DNA of 51,087 nucleotides from Squatina squatina (taxonomy: Eukaryota), in contig JARFOE010000013.1 of assembly GCA_031763465.1 (NCBI GenBank), positions 9,026,395 to 9,077,481 on the forward strand, in the 5' to 3' direction. The notes below the pieces were generated by a model, which worked only from the letters and a program-made list of their open reading frames with translations, had not been told where the DNA came from and ran no database searches. Positions within the stretch are counted from its first letter, which is position 1; every line of letters starts with the position of its first letter. Below, piece by piece: positions 14,402-28,463 of the stretch. The translations under genes were made by a program, and so were the position numbers.

Positions 14402-15149
14402 AGATTCCCAAATCGTTGTTTCAATGTAAAAGCAAAAAAAATGTCCATAATTGATATGAATTAACCTTTATCCTTGTTCGGTTGGAATCATTATGCTCAT
14501 TTATTGTGTGAAGGCGAGTTTAGGTGTGGATGGCAATGTAGTGCAAGATACTAGGTTTCAGTAGGACCAATCCTGATTTCAAAATTGCAGGTTTGGGATG
14601 GTGAATAGTATTATTTCTTTCGTATGAACTTTAGCCAAATTTAATGTATTAATGTGAATGTTTATAAAATGTTTAAGTTAATAACTTATGGCTGCAGAAT
14701 TATGGAACCGATAATTCCAGGTTCCATTACATTCAGCTGATAGTCTAAGCTACTGTTTAAGAACTAGATTTTTTTTCTCCTTCTAACTCAGAGATAGGAT
14801 GAGGTGTACTATTAAAATAAAAACTGGAATTTTTTTTAATGACCTCGTTACAAAAACAGGAATTAAAGTAACCATATAGAGAAATCAGTTCCTTGCTTAT
14901 GGCACTACAACACGTGTCCCATAGCTATGTGTAAATGAGTAAACGGTCATTCAGGCTTCCATTGCTGAACTGTTAATTAATATACTTTCTTCTTTCAATT
15001 TATAAATTCTAGCTTAAAATCATGAATAGTCACATTTAAATTGAACCTTCCATATACATTACAACACTACTGCTTTATTTAAAAGATTATTGAACATTTA
15101 ACAAGTTCTAGCTGGGCAATAATGAATGATTAGACATATGAGCACATCG

Positions 15150-15530
15150 GGTAGGATGGCACTGAAGATACTGGGGATTTCCCCCCCCACCTTTCTCCAG
15201 ATGGCACTGCCTTGTGGTGTTTTATGATTGATTCCACAAGCATTGAGAACCCTCGTGTAACTTGCACAAATGGCCAGTCTTTGTGGATTTGTGGATGAGC
15301 CTTGTTAGTGAGTGACAGATTATTCGACACTTTCAGCAGGGGCCACTGGGTAGTGAATAGGAGCAAAAATTCCTATCTGATCTTTGAAACCAGCTGTAGA
15401 ACCTCTACTACTGCCCGAACTGAAATCAGCCAAGTCAGCAGACTGGGGATTGAACCTTTTACCTCATGCTACATACATATGGCTCGGTACCATTTTAGGT
15501 GGTGCATTACCCACTAAGCCATCCGGAGCT
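15150..15530 (-). mobile_element. tRNA-derived SINE, decayed
   Basis: Minus strand begins GGATGGCTTAGTGGGT (A-box-like) and contains GGTTCAATCCCC (B-box-like). The left boundary is approximate. Confidence 0.5.
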
Positions 15531-16067
15531 CTCACCAGGGATTGTTTTAAATCAAGGTTAAAAACTGAGAGTATGGTAATTGTTTTTTATTTAAAAAACG
15601 CCAATATAGATGCACCTTGCAATTCAAGCACAATTTTTTATCTTCGAACAGTTGTTGAAAATAAATATTGATGGAACAGCTGCAAAAACAAGTGCAAAGA
15701 TGGAAGAATTGGAATTTGAATCAAAAGGTTCTGAATGCGTGTACTGGGAATTTTTCAAATCTATAATAACTGATCTGAACATCACTAATGTTCTACTAGT
15801 AATAATGTAAACTTCCAGCTTAATGCAGCAAATCTTGTTTTTTGACTTTGCTACTGCTTTGGTTGTATTCTTACTCTGTTTGTGTTCCTGTCTGTATACT
15901 ATTTGTGTTTTCAGACAAAGCTGCACAATTATTCACTGATACAAAAGCAAAATACTGCAGATGCTGGNNNNNNNNNNNNNNNNNNNNNNNNNNNNNNNNN
16001 NNNNNNNNNNNNNNNNNNNNNNNNNNNNNNNNNNNNNNNNNNNNNNNNNNNNNNNNNNNNNNNNNNN

Positions 16068-16214
16068 GGTAATGCTTGATTTAGCGCTCCACTTCCTTCC
16101 TGGAGCGCTAAACCGGAAGTTCGTGTCGGCTTCACTTGCATAGTGCCTGGCAATACTTTTGCGCTCCTGCAAAAGTTCTCACCCCAAACAGGGTGCAATG
16201 CAATTTCTAGTCCC
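16068..16214. mobile_element. Harbinger-like element terminus
   Basis: Ends CAATTTCTAGTCCC, the reverse complement of the GGG(A)CTAGAAATTG terminus seen at 6422 and 12748. Confidence 0.4.
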
Positions 16215-18170
16215 AAGTAATTCAGTACTGACCAGGGAGTCAAACTTGGGATTTTCCTCGTCTGCACGGGGTCAGGATTGATCCACTTTGGCCATTGAAT
16301 AGCCTTCTTTCTCAGGCTTTCTTGGAAGAAGAAAGATTTTCAGAGCTGTTGTTTCCCAGTGAGACCATTGCATTTGAAAACAAAAGTGCAGACTTGCCTT
16401 AGTCATCACAAAATTAGACTGTTTACGATTTCTAGCAGCATTAACCTTACACAGCTGAGTAGAACATATGTCCACAACAGTAAGTGTTCTTTCAGCTCAC
16501 TTGTGATTTTAATTATTGTTCAGTTCCTTTTAATGAAAAAGTGTATGCACTCTGAGTGTACATTATGAGAGAGTGCACTTCAACAGTAAAGTAAATCTTT
16601 AGGCAGTCTTCTCCCAAAACATATATCTGTTGTATCATCTATTGTGGTGTAGAACTAATACCATAGTAACGCCTTAGATTTTTCCTAATTGCCACAGATA
16701 ATTAGTTTGAATTGCAAATTGCTCAATTTGTTGATGTACCATTTCACTCAGTGCTATTCATAACAGCTAATTTGAGACTTGTTGACTGGATTTATGCAGT
16801 AAAAGCTTTGTTTAAACAGCAGCCATTTCCTTTCATGTGCTTCTTTCCATGGGATGTAAGTCAGTGAGCATAATTAACTCTGCAGGCAACATTAGGGGTG
16901 AATATCCGTGGGTTCCTTCCACTCATTACTTCGGTGGAAGAGTGGCAGAAAACCTATAGAAATTCATCCCCATTATCTTTTTCAAATTGCATTACTAGAA
17001 AATGTTTTAATTATGTATTAATATTGTATTCAGNNNNNNNNNNNNNNNNNNNNNNNNNNNNNNNNNNNNNNNNNNNNNNNNNNNNNNNNNNNNNNNNNNN
17101 NNNNNNNNNNNNNNNNNNNNNNNNNNNNNNNNNGTAACAATTTTCCAATAAATGTGGAAGTATAGAAGAAGTATTACTGCATAAAAAGTGTTCCTTTGTA
17201 ACACAAAAGTCAGAAGAAATCAAAATACTATTTTCAAAAATATAAGAGCACAATAGAGACGGTATGCTCCTAAATATTGTGATGATATATCTTCAATATA
17301 ATTCAAGTTATTAGATTTCAAACCTTTTTGATCGGGTAAATCTGGGTATCAACGCAGAGTCTGCAAAAGGCACAGAGTGATTGAGCCATTAAAAATAAGT
17401 GCCTCTTATACTTCTTCTCAGTGGGCAATCAAGTGGAAAAGGGCATCATTTACTAAAGTCAGAGGTGAATAAAGACTGACAATTCCATTTAGTGGAACTG
17501 TCACAAGAATATATCCATGCTTCACATTGCCAGAAAATTGCCTTCAGGTTTGAGAAGGTGATTGCTCAAGCTGGAAAAAAAAAACCATACAACCAGTAAA
17601 CAAAGTATTCATTACTACTTCTACCTGATTTTCCCCTGGATTACAGGGGTGATTTTAGTCTCTTTGAGTTCAAAAATGGCATATATAGATTCAGTATTTC
17701 AAGCAAGCAAATAGTTTTGAGATAAAGAGTAATTGTAGCATTTAAAAGCTCACTCTGTTTGATTACGGTAGGAACCTGAGGTAATCAAATACACTTTTTT
17801 CTCTTAAATTGTAAAATTAGTGCCTAACCCTAAAAGTCATATATAACACAAATTATCCTGTCAAAAGCATGGCATGAAAAATGGTCAGTGATTACAGCTT
17901 TCTAAATAGCTTTGTGTGTCATTTTAGTTTTCTGGGATCTTACAATGAATAATGGCCAATCAGAGAATTCTCACAAAATATGCAGCCCTGACTTGGTTTT
18001 GAGGCTAAGCATCACATTTATGAGTGACATATAATTCCAAATCCACGAAGGTTTATACACTTTATTAATTNNNNNNNNNNNNNNNNNNNNNNNNNNNNNN
18101 NNNNNNNNNNNNNNNNNNNNNNNNNNNNNNNNNNNNNNNNNNNNNNNNNNNNNNNNNNNNNNNNNNNNNN

Positions 18171-19815
18171 AAAAAAGGGGCAATTACACTGTTGGGAGTG
18201 TACTATAGACCCCCAAATAGTCAGAGGGAGATAGAATAGCAAATATATAGGCATATTTCTGAGAAATGCAAAAACAATAGGACAATAATAGTAGGGGATT
18301 TCAACTACCCTAATATTAACTGGGATAGCATCAGTCTAAAAGGTATAGAGGAATAACAGAGGCTATTATTTTCCAATCCTCTTTGGCTGCAGGTGTGGTG
18401 CCGGAGAACTGGAGGACTTCTAATGTTGTACCAATGTTGAAAAGGGGAAGGGCTGTGCAATTGCCAGTCATCCGAACCTCCGCGGTTGGCAAATTCGTGG
18501 AAAAGATTCTGAGGGCCAGTATAAATCTTCAATTAGAAATGCATGGATCAAGCAAGGACAGTCAGAATAGATTATTGAAGGGAAGATTGAGTCTGACAAA
18601 TTGATTGAATATTTCGAGGGAGTAAATTGGAAGGTTGATGAGGGTAATACGCTTGTTCCAGTCTACGTGAATTGTAACAAGATATTTGACAAGGTCCCAC
18701 GTGCAGACTTGTCAGTAAGGTAAATGCCCACGGCCTCCAGGTGTAAGTGGCAATTCGGACCCCAAATTGGCTCGTTGGCAGGAAGCAAAGGGCAATGGAT
18801 TTTGTGAATGAAAGCTGTTTGCAGTGGGGTCCCAGAGGGCTCAGCACTGGGGCCCTTGCTTTTTGTGGTATACATCAATCATTTATAGTTCAAGGTAGTG
18901 GGCATGATTTAGAAGTTTGCAGATTATACAAAAATTGGTCGTGTGGTTGATAATGAGGAAGAAAGCTGTAGACTGCTGGAAGTTATCAATGGACTGTTCA
19001 GGTGGGTAGAAAAATGACAAATGGAGTTCAATCCGGGGAAATCTGAGTTAATGCATTTGGGGAGGGCTAATAGGCAAGGGAATATATAATAATTGGTAGT
19101 ATGCTAACCAGTGTAGAGTAAGAGAGGGACATATTGGGTGCATGTGCACAGATCCCTGAAAGTTGCAGAATCGGGAAATAATGTGTTTAAGAAGGCATAC
19201 TGGATAGTTTCCTTAAATTAGGCGAAGCATATAATATAAAAGCAGGCAGGTTACCCATAAGCTATATAAAACGCTAGTAAGGCCACAGCTCAAATACTTT
19301 ATACAGTTCTGGTCACCATTTTATAGGATTAGTGCTTGCATTTGAGAGGTTAAGGTGAGTTGCGAAGATGTTGCTAGAAATAGAGATTTTTATCTTTGAA
19401 GACAGATTGGAAAAGCTGGGGTTGTTTTCTTTGAAACAGAGGAGGCTGGGGTCAGACTTGTTTGGGGTGTATAAAATTTTGTGGGGCCTATGTGGAGTGA
19501 ATAGGAAGAACCTATTTCCCCTGGCAGAGGTCAGTAACCCGGCGATACAGATTAAAGGTAATTGGCAGAAGTATTAGAGGGGAGTTCCTTCACCTAAACG
19601 TTGGTGGGGATCGGGAACTCACTTCCTGAAATGGTGGTAGAGGTGAAAAGCTCACCACATTTAAAACGAACTTAGGTATGCACTTGAAGTACAGTAACCT
19701 ACAGGACTACGGGACAAGAGTGGGAAGTGAGATTAGGCTGGATAGCTCTTCCGGCCGGGTCAGGGACGATGGGTCGAATGGCCTCCTGCGAAGCCGTAAA
19801 TTTCTATGATTCTTT
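18171..19815 (+). mobile_element. CR1 LINE ORF2, degenerate and internally deleted, with 3' tail
   Basis: Endonuclease motifs (GVYYRPPNS, VGDFNYPNINW), a jump near 18360 to VPENWRTSNVVPML, RT remnants, DRLEKLGLFSLKQRRL, and tail AATGGCCTCC...TTTCTATGATTCT. Confidence 0.9.
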
Positions 19816-19986
19816 CAATCTATGCGGTATGGAAGAGTAAACAGATGTTCTTCGGTCTCGTTTAAATTAGCGATCTGAGCGGCATGAAAAACAATCGTTT
19901 TTTTCAGTTGAAGTAGCAATGTTTGGATTGAGTGACGCGGTCAATGTGTATTGGAAATATAATCCTCCTGTAATGATGTCCAACAG

Positions 19987-20088
19987 AACACTTGCAGTTA
20001 AGGCTGTCAGACGGTGGAAGCCCTTGTGCTGGGCGAGTGGAGGTTTATTACAATGGGACCTGGGGCTCAGTTTGTGACGATTCCTGGG
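19987..20088 (+). CDS. partial SRCR domain exon (CD163/DMBT1/WC1-like)
   Basis: Acceptor CAACAG| (phase 1), then [33 protein letters not shown], the canonical SRCR N-terminal signature. Truncated by a gap. Confidence 0.85.
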
Positions 20089-20333
20089 NNNNNNNNNNNN
20101 NNNNNNNNNNNNNNNNNNNNNNNNNNNNNNNNNNNNNNNNNNNNNNNNNNNNNNNNNNNNNNNNNNNNNNNNNNNNNNNNNNNNNNNNCTGTAAAAAACA
20201 GCTCGCGCTTTTATACAAACCGGCTGTTCCCGCTCTGTTCAGCTCCAACTGAAAAGAAACCTTACAATAAATGAACAGTTACACTGAGTCATGATCTTAT
20301 ATCAATTGAATAATTATATTTGTTCACCCATAG

Positions 20334-20538
20334 TGTTACAGCACATGGAACCTGAGTAACGAGACTTTAGGGTCCAATTAACTGAAATGTTATTAATTAT
20401 GCCACAAAACTGCCATAGTATTCTCCAATTCACACTAGAACCTCCTACAGCATTCTAACACCTACTAAAACATTCTGCAATTGAAGTAAACAACTAAACA
20501 GCTTTAGATCAAAATAACAATTAATTTTTCATACAACA
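20334..20538 (-). mobile_element. possible LTR of a decayed LTR retrotransposon
   Basis: Minus strand GGGA|TGTTGTATG ... GTGCTGTAACA gives TG...CA termini. The polypurine tract is weak and no second LTR was seen. Confidence 0.25.
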
Positions 20539-22536
20539 TCCCATGATACAATCTTATTAGCAATACCTTTATAGTATTAGTTGCTTTTATCCAACTGAGC
20601 AAAGCTGCTGTTAAACACTACAGGCCACTAATAGTCAGATTCCGAGAACTGACATTCCTATTTAGAGGAATGATGGCAATGAAGGAGATGGAAGGGGACA
20701 AAAGCTGAAAGCAGTTCTTTGAAGGAGAAGAGACAGAACCTGGGAAAGAGCATTTAGGAGGGAAGAGAGGAGTAGCTGGAAGCGGCACTTTGGGTGGAAA
20801 CAGAGTGGGAAAAAATGGGAACGGAGACAGACTTGGAGCCAAATGGTTGTCACGGCAGGCATTAGCTACTGTTCTGCAGATTCCTGCTGCTTCTCTTCGA
20901 AGTCCCTTGCTGTTCCTGGGGGCCTTCCTCCTCTGGGAACTCCATCACTTGGAGTGCTGCTTTAACTTTCCAGTGGGGTGCTTGATGAACACTCTGCTGC
21001 ATACCAGCTCATTCTTATATCTGTGCCCAGCTGGTGCCGAGGGATACAGCCATGAANNNNNNNNNNNNNNNNNNNNNNNNNNNNNNNNNNNNNNNNNNNN
21101 NNNNNNNNNNNNNNNNNNNNNNNNNNNNNNNNNNNNNNNNNNNNNNNNNNNNNNNNCACCGGTCGCGGAAGGCCGCGAGAGCGCCGGCGGACACCGCGTG
21201 CTCCCTCTCCAGGGACACCCGGGCGCGAACGTACCATTGCCTTAATTAAGTTCTGAAACAAAATGTTAATTTAAGCAATAGATATATTCCTTCATGCTAA
21301 ACAGAAAACAAATGTTCTTAGAGATTACAGATTAAAAGGCATTTTATAATGAAGATTGAAAGACCTGCAGCAAATGATTGTATTTAAGAAAATCTATTAG
21401 GTTGTAATTCAAGATAGAGAGGAACAGAATACTTCTAATTAATAGAGAAGGTGACGAAAATGGCATCGCCATTGTTGGAATATTCTGTGAAATAAGAGCA
21501 TGACCTCAATTTCGAACTGCAGAGATGTGACAGCCTCCGATTACCAGTAAGTCTTACAGACACAGATCTGTCGTTTGATAACCAAGTGTGTGGACTCATG
21601 CGTCTGTGATGTTATAATTATGAAGACAGCTGTCAGAGCAGCCAGACTTTTCTTCTTTTATCTTGTCGTCATACATGGCACCCTGAGATGCCAGTTGGAT
21701 GTTGCTAGGGAACAAATTTCAGGAAATTGCCAAACCATGTACAATGTGTCACAGTCATATCGGGGGAGCATTTTTTTGTTTTCTATTTGATCTCTGGCCT
21801 CACTAAAAATTACCTTCATATTGGTTAGGTAGGTAAAGGCACACTCTAGGTCATAGGGATGAGGGCTTGTTTATGGGAGTGGTTGGAGATGCTGAGGCAA
21901 AGAAAAATATTTAGAGTAAAAATTTGAAAAGTAACGGATGTTCTCTGTGACTTCCTCACTTGAAAATCTGGCTAAACCCACCAGTTTGCTCATTTCACTT
22001 AAGTGAGAATCAATACTGCCAGGTAACTATATGTGCCAATTATATCTCTTTAGACAGTTATTGTCAGGGACTTGGATATAATACCAAATCGAGGTCATTC
22101 TGTGCGAACAGACTTAACAATCCTGCTTTAATATACCCAAGCACAAATGGGGCTCTGGGCTCCCATGGCAAAGCAAATCTAGGACAAATAAAAAGAAATA
22201 ACAATTTTGATGGGAAATTATCAGGATGATTCTCAAAAGAGAATACTTGAGATGCCTCAAATGCATTTTGTGACAGATTTGTGTTGGATTGTAAATTGTA
22301 TCCGATTATCAGTCCTGCATTTGGATCAATACAACAAAACTCACTTTCAACAGTTTTATTTCCCTCAAATAAATTGCTCCCATGTGCTGTTTTTACTTTT
22401 TAAGAATGTTTTAATTTTCACGATTTTAATTAAAAATTATGAATTACAAGCAATGCATTATAATATACAATTGCATGGGGTACATGGTATAAGCTGACCA
22501 TGCATGTCAAAAAATGTTGTGATACCTCAGTCATGT

Positions 22537-22885
22537 CAGAGGACTACTGCCTTTGGAAGTTCCGTTTCATCAGGGATGATGAGACTGAATTGTGTCATGT
22601 TGCTGGAATCTAACCTACAGACAACAGAGGAACCATAATGCCAGTGGCAGTGAAAGTCACTACAGCCCTTTATGTCTTTGGCTCCTGGCAAGCTATCTCA
22701 GGGACATCTGCAACATCAATCAATCAGCATTGCAGAGATGTATCAAGAAAATCACTGATGTTTTGTTCACCAGGGCGAATAGCATCATCATTTTCCCAAG
22801 GCAACATCAAGGCATTATAATTCACCCAGCTCATAGGATTCCCCGAAGTCGGGGGTGTTGTTGATGGGACCAATTTGGTCATCTT
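22537..22885 (+). mobile_element. decayed Harbinger transposase N-terminal half
   Basis: Frameshifted SEDYCLWKFRF, MPVAVKVTTALYVFGS, DICNINQSALQRCIKKITDVLF, GFPEVGGVVDGT. Confidence 0.75.
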
Positions 22886-23819
22886 GGTCCCAGACACAAC
22901 GCAGCTGAAATTGCGATTCCCCTCGGGTGCGTACAATGTTCCCATGAACCCGGGGGGGACCTCGCAAGTTCCAAATCTCAGGCTGCACTGCACATGCCCA
23001 CAGATCCGGAACTTGCGATCGGTCAAGATTTCTCTTGACAGATCATTCGCTTCTGCTGCAAAAGAGGTTTCCAGGGCGGAGATTTGTGATATTTTCTCAA
23101 CTCTTGCCCGTGGAAATCTCTTTAATTTTTTACGCATGGTAAAACCAAGCATCCGTAAGAATTAAAAAAAATGTAAAAATCAAAAAGATTAATGATATAT
23201 TACTTAAAAACCATTCCCATTAAGGTAAGTATGTTTTTAAACATTTTAAAAGTTTTTTTTATTTCAGAATTTTTTTTTTGTGTTAGTTATCTCATTTTTA
23301 TTACATTTTAATGTTAAAATAGTTTTTAAAATGTTTTTTGATGTGCTTGTGTAGCTTTGTATCTCCCATTCATACTTTTGCAAACCTGCCATATATGGAA
23401 GAGATCTGACAAAGCATGAATGGGAGATATTCCTACCTGATTGATTGGGACCTCCTATATGTCAGCTCCAGTCTCTCCGAAGGACTTTCACAGGAAAAAG
23501 ACGAGCCCCGCTGCGCATGCCCATCTGTGGAGGCAGAAGTCAGCAACTTTAAGTGGCTTCCAGACTCTCCGGTAAGTTCATAGATATATTTGCAAATGGA
23601 GGCATCTGCACGCAGGAAGCCTCTGATTGCAAATTCAGTCTCAATATCTTGGCACTCATGAACTGCAAATGCTTCCACTTCATCTAGATCCAGGTGACCA
23701 GCAGGATCATGGAGGTGAATGGATGTTCAAAGAAAGCAGTCATATTTCTCTGTGCCTGGGTTATTTGAAAGATGGCTCAAGGAGACACAGACTATCCTTA
23801 GGGATATAGTTACTCACTC

Positions 23820-23943
23820 AATATATCAATGACTTGGATAAGGTGAAAGAGAGCTGTATATCCAAGTTTGCAGATGACACGAAGTTAGAAGAAGTTAGAT
23901 GGGAGCAGGAAGTTGCAAAGGGACGTGGGGAGATTAAATGAGT
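23820..23943 (+). mobile_element. CR1 RT fragment
   Basis: YINDLD...ISKFADDTKL. Confidence 0.8.
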
Positions 23944-24043
23944 NNNNNNNNNNNNNNNNNNNNNNNNNNNNNNNNNNNNNNNNNNNNNNNNNNNNNNNNN
24001 NNNNNNNNNNNNNNNNNNNNNNNNNNNNNNNNNNNNNNNNNNN

Positions 24044-24921
24044 GGGAGTGTAATAAAGACCCCCAAATAGTCAGAGGGAGATAGAAGAGAAAATATGTGG
24101 GCAAATTTCTGGAAGTGCAAAAGCAATAGTGCTGTAATTAACGGGGATTTCAATTACCCTAATATTAACTGGGATAGAATCAGTGTAAAAGGTATAGAGA
24201 GCACAGAATTCCTAAAATGCATTCAGAACTGTTTTAGCCAGTCATTCAGATTTAGGGTAGTTATGGCAAAGGACAAAGATAGAACAAGAGTAAACATTCT
24301 TGATTGGGGAAAAGACAATTTTATTAAGCTGAGATGTGATTTAGCAAAAGTAGACGGGAAACAGCTACTTGAGGGTAAATCAGTGTCAGTGCAGTGGGAG
24401 GCGTTCAAGGAGGAGACAGTGAGGGTTCAGAGCAAATACGTTCCCACAAAGTAAAAGGGTGGGACTGTGAAGTCCAGAGCCCCCTGGATGCAAAGGGATA
24501 TACAGGGTAGAATAAGGCAAAAAAGGGAAGCCTACACCAGATACCAAGAGCTAAATACTGCAGAAAGCCTTTTGAAACTGCAGGGGTGAAATTAAAAAGG
24601 AAGTTCAGAAAGCAAAGACAGGNNNNNNNNNNAAGACAGGGCATGAAAAAAATATTGGCTAGTAAAATTAAGGAAAACCTAAAGATATTTTGTAAATACA
24701 TGAAGAGCAAGAGGATAACTAAAGAAAGAGTAGGGCCTGTTAGAGACCAAAAAGGAAGCTTGTTTATGGAGGCGGAAGACGTGGGTACGGTTCTGAATGA
24801 ATACTTTGCGCTTGTTTTCATAAAAGAGAGGGACAGTGCAGACATGGTAGTTAAGGAGGAGGAGTGTGAAATATTAGATCAGATAGTCATAGAGAGAGAG
24901 GAAGTATTCAGGGTTTTAGTA
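24044..24921 (+). mobile_element. CR1 LINE ORF2 fragment (endonuclease and tether)
   Basis: GDFNYPNINWD, WEAFKEE, KIKENLKIFCKYMKSKRITKERVGP, VLNEYFALVF. The start is very similar to 18190-18350. Confidence 0.9.
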
Positions 24922-26086
24922 NNNNNNNNNNNNNNNNNNNNNNNNNNNNNNNNNNNNNNNNNNNNNNNNNNNNNNNNNNNNNNNNNNNNNNNNNNNNNNN
25001 NNNNNNNNNNNNNNNNNNNNNTGTATCAGACACACATATTGTATCTGAAGAGCCTGCTTGAGTCACTTATGGTTTTGCCTTGTTACCTAGAACAGCTGCT
25101 ACTTTATACATTGCACTTTATTAGTGGGATGTTCATTGAGCTGATTTGCAGCATATACTGGCATATAATGTTATATTGAAAAAGATTGTTATTTAAATCT
25201 ACTTTGGATGTATAAATTGAGCTGTTACTGTAGTGTTTGGTTCATTTACCCAAGATATTTGCTCATCACAAACATGCACGACTGCAGTGTTTTAACAATA
25301 GCTTGGATTCCCATCTCTAATTGTTATGTACAGGCCACCATTGTCTGCTGAGAAGATGTTTTATATTCTAATTCTATGTAATTTAAGCATCTCTTCAATG
25401 GTATTGAGTCAGAGTAATCTAGTAGACTAATACTAAAAGAATAGCAGAACACAATGTGTCAGTATGCGTCACTAACACACAGTGGTATACCTCGAATTTC
25501 CCACTAGGTATAAATGTCAGCAGTCAGGGTTTATTTTGGTTTAAAAACATTTGCTATACTTTGATTTTAAAAAGTGCAACCTCCACAAATACAGCAATAA
25601 TTCAAAAACAGTGATTAGGTTAAAAAAAACAATTGCACTAACAGCAACAGTCAGTTACTTGTTTTGTTGGAAGCATTGTGCTTCTATTTGAAAAGCAATC
25701 AGCTTTATTTCAGTTTTGCCTTTTCCCCATGTGAGAGCACCAATCTTTGTTTTGCTCTCTCTAATGATTTTGTAAAGTTAGGATTTTAAGAGCTAACTCA
25801 CTTCCTTGTTCGCTGTCCTGTGAGAATTCTGCATTTTGATTGGCTCTTTAGACAGATGCCACAGCAGCTCGCACTAGGAGATTTCCACTAAACTCTGTTG
25901 TTTTGAATTACACGTCGGAAAGCTCGGAACTTCTCGACATATAGACCCCGCAATCTTCGTGCTAAGCTCACTTCAGGGCTGCCGATTCCGGGCCCTTGTG
26001 CTCCAGCCGCAATCGGTGCTGAGTTAGCTAATCCCGGTGACAGGGTTGTTACCGGGGAGCACTGTATGTTTATTATTAATGAGGGG

Positions 26087-26557
26087 GAGGGGTGAAATTG
26101 GCCAGAGTTCTTGCTGCTGACTTTTATCCAGTGGCCCCTGGTAGTCTGTGGACATTGGGTGAAGACAGTATTGGCCGCAGCGCGGGCGGTTGCAGCAACA
26201 GGAAAACCTGTTGTTGCAACGGGCCCCTTAAAGGCGAGGGTGTCTGAGCCTCCGGCCGTCATCTTTATTTTTCGGCTGACTTCCTAGTTGGCCGAAAAAT
26301 GGCGGCCCTCAGCCGGATTGGGCCACCATTCCCTCACTTGGCACCTGATGGCCTGGTCACCGGCGTCTCTGTGGCCCAGTGTCCGGCTGCAGGGCACTCT
26401 CAGGATGGCCGGCGGCCCTCCCCTTTAAGGGAGGCCTGGCCATGCTGGTGACGTCAGCGTGCAACACGCTGATGCTGCGTTTCTGACGCCGATGATGTGG
26501 CGTTGAAGTCATGCCACCAGCGTCCAAGGCCTGCCACCCCAGGAGTGACCGGAAGCG
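26087..26557 (+). mobile_element. GC-rich Harbinger-like non-autonomous element end
   Basis: GGGGTGAAATTG terminus followed by GC-rich palindromic sequence running into a gap. Confidence 0.4.
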
Positions 26558-28463
26558 NNNNNNNNNNNNNNNNNNNNNNNNNNNNNNNNNNNNNNNNNNN
26601 NNNNNNNNNNNNNNNNNNNNNNNNNNNNNNNNNNNNNNNNNNNNNNNNNNNNNNNNNGTCTTCTTGTGCTTGTTTGTTAAAAGTAATTGGCTTGCTAGGC
26701 AATTTCTGAAGTAGATTAAGAGACAGCCTCATTAGTGTGGTGGCTGAAGTCAGAAGTAGGCCAGACTGGGTTAGGACGGCAGGTTTCCTTCCTAAAGGAC
26801 ATTAATGAACTAATGAGGTTTTCACAGCAGTTTGACACTTTTACTGATTCCAGTTTTAAAAAAAATTGTGGAAAGTATTTTTTGGTGGGCTTCCTTCGCT
26901 TTTATTTTTAAATGAATACAGAGAGAAATATAGCCTTAGATCTCTACTGGCTTTTGAGAGATGATTGATCTCAAACATCAGAAGTTTCAAAAGATAGCAA
27001 AGGGCTTTTAACGTGGAGAAGGAATGTCATTCTATTACTCATAAGAATATCCAGGTAAATCAATATATAGATATTGGATACAACAGGATGGTAAATGTTC
27101 TGAAAGCTGTCATAAAACAGGAACAGTGACAAACCATTGGTAGGCATTTGGGGTATAAATTGTGGTCGGAGGTGTACCTCCGGAATACGTCTCCAACCCG
27201 TAAAACAAATCCGCACCTACCTCCATGTGTCTAGGCTGCGGAGAGTTCCAGTCTCGGGCCGCCAAGTGTACGGCAGCTTAAAGGCCTACAGATCCAAGGG
27301 ACACAGGTGGTTCGGAAGCATCACTGGGATCACGTGGGCCCGGTCCTCCAATGGTAAATAGCCCAACTCTGCACCAGCAATATACTATTCCCAGTCAGTT
27401 CGCTTGACAGATCGCAAGTTCTGGATTTTGCGCATGTGGCGTATGCAGAAACCCAGGGGTTGTTGGGCCTTTGAAATGGATTACGCCAGTATACTNNNNN
27501 NNNNNNNNNNNNNNNNNNNNNNNNNNNNNNNNNNNNNNNNNNNNNNNNNNNNNNNNNNNNNNNNNNNNNNNNNNNNNNNNNNNNNNNNNNNNNNNATTTA
27601 GACATACAATCAGAAAGACTGTCTGTTCTCATATTTAAGTGTACTGTGTTGCGTAGAATGTACAGGTGTTTTTTTTACTGTTTAGTTTACCAAGAACAGG
27701 CGACCTGCAACCCATATCTATGTGCAGATCTATGTTGCCTTTAGTCGAGCTGAGACTGTCAAATTTAATTGTACGCCTTCTTTGTGCACTTTCTTCTCGA
27801 ACTGTAATTTGTTGAATGTTGTCTAATTTTCATTAAATGTAAGACAAAGATAAAATCTCAACTGCCTAGTTGTACATATTCAATTAAATCTAACCGCAAA
27901 ATGATAAACTGTTTTGTGTATTTTTTTATATTTGTTCTTTCACTCAAACTAGCAATTATATTTTTAACAGTGAAATCTCACAATCGGTTCCATTTCTCAA
28001 ATTTTCTTATTTACATTTTTTTCTACAATTGGGCATCTTTCATACAAGATCTCTGTTGCTTAGTGACTCACCACCAATTGATGAATGGGTGCCAATATAA
28101 CCCACAATGGCTTATTAGTATAGAATTCATGTAAACCTAGTGTCTCAATATGAGCACCTATATATGAGTTGAGTTTTCTGGCAATGTGAGATTGTTCAGT
28201 TTCAGTGCAAAGTGACTGCTGCTTCCCATCAACCTGTATATCTGAAGCAAGGGCCAGAATTGACTTTGGAGTGAAGTGAAGTGATATTTCCCGTAGCGAG
28301 TAGACTCATATAATTTGGGCTGATAACACATGGAGTGTAAATCCAAAGCTCGATCAAATCCCANNNNNNNNNNNNNNNNNNNNNNNNNNNNNNNNNNNNN
28401 NNNNNNNNNNNNNNNNNNNNNNNNNNNNNNNNNNNNNNNNNNNNNNNNNNNNNNNNNNNNNNN

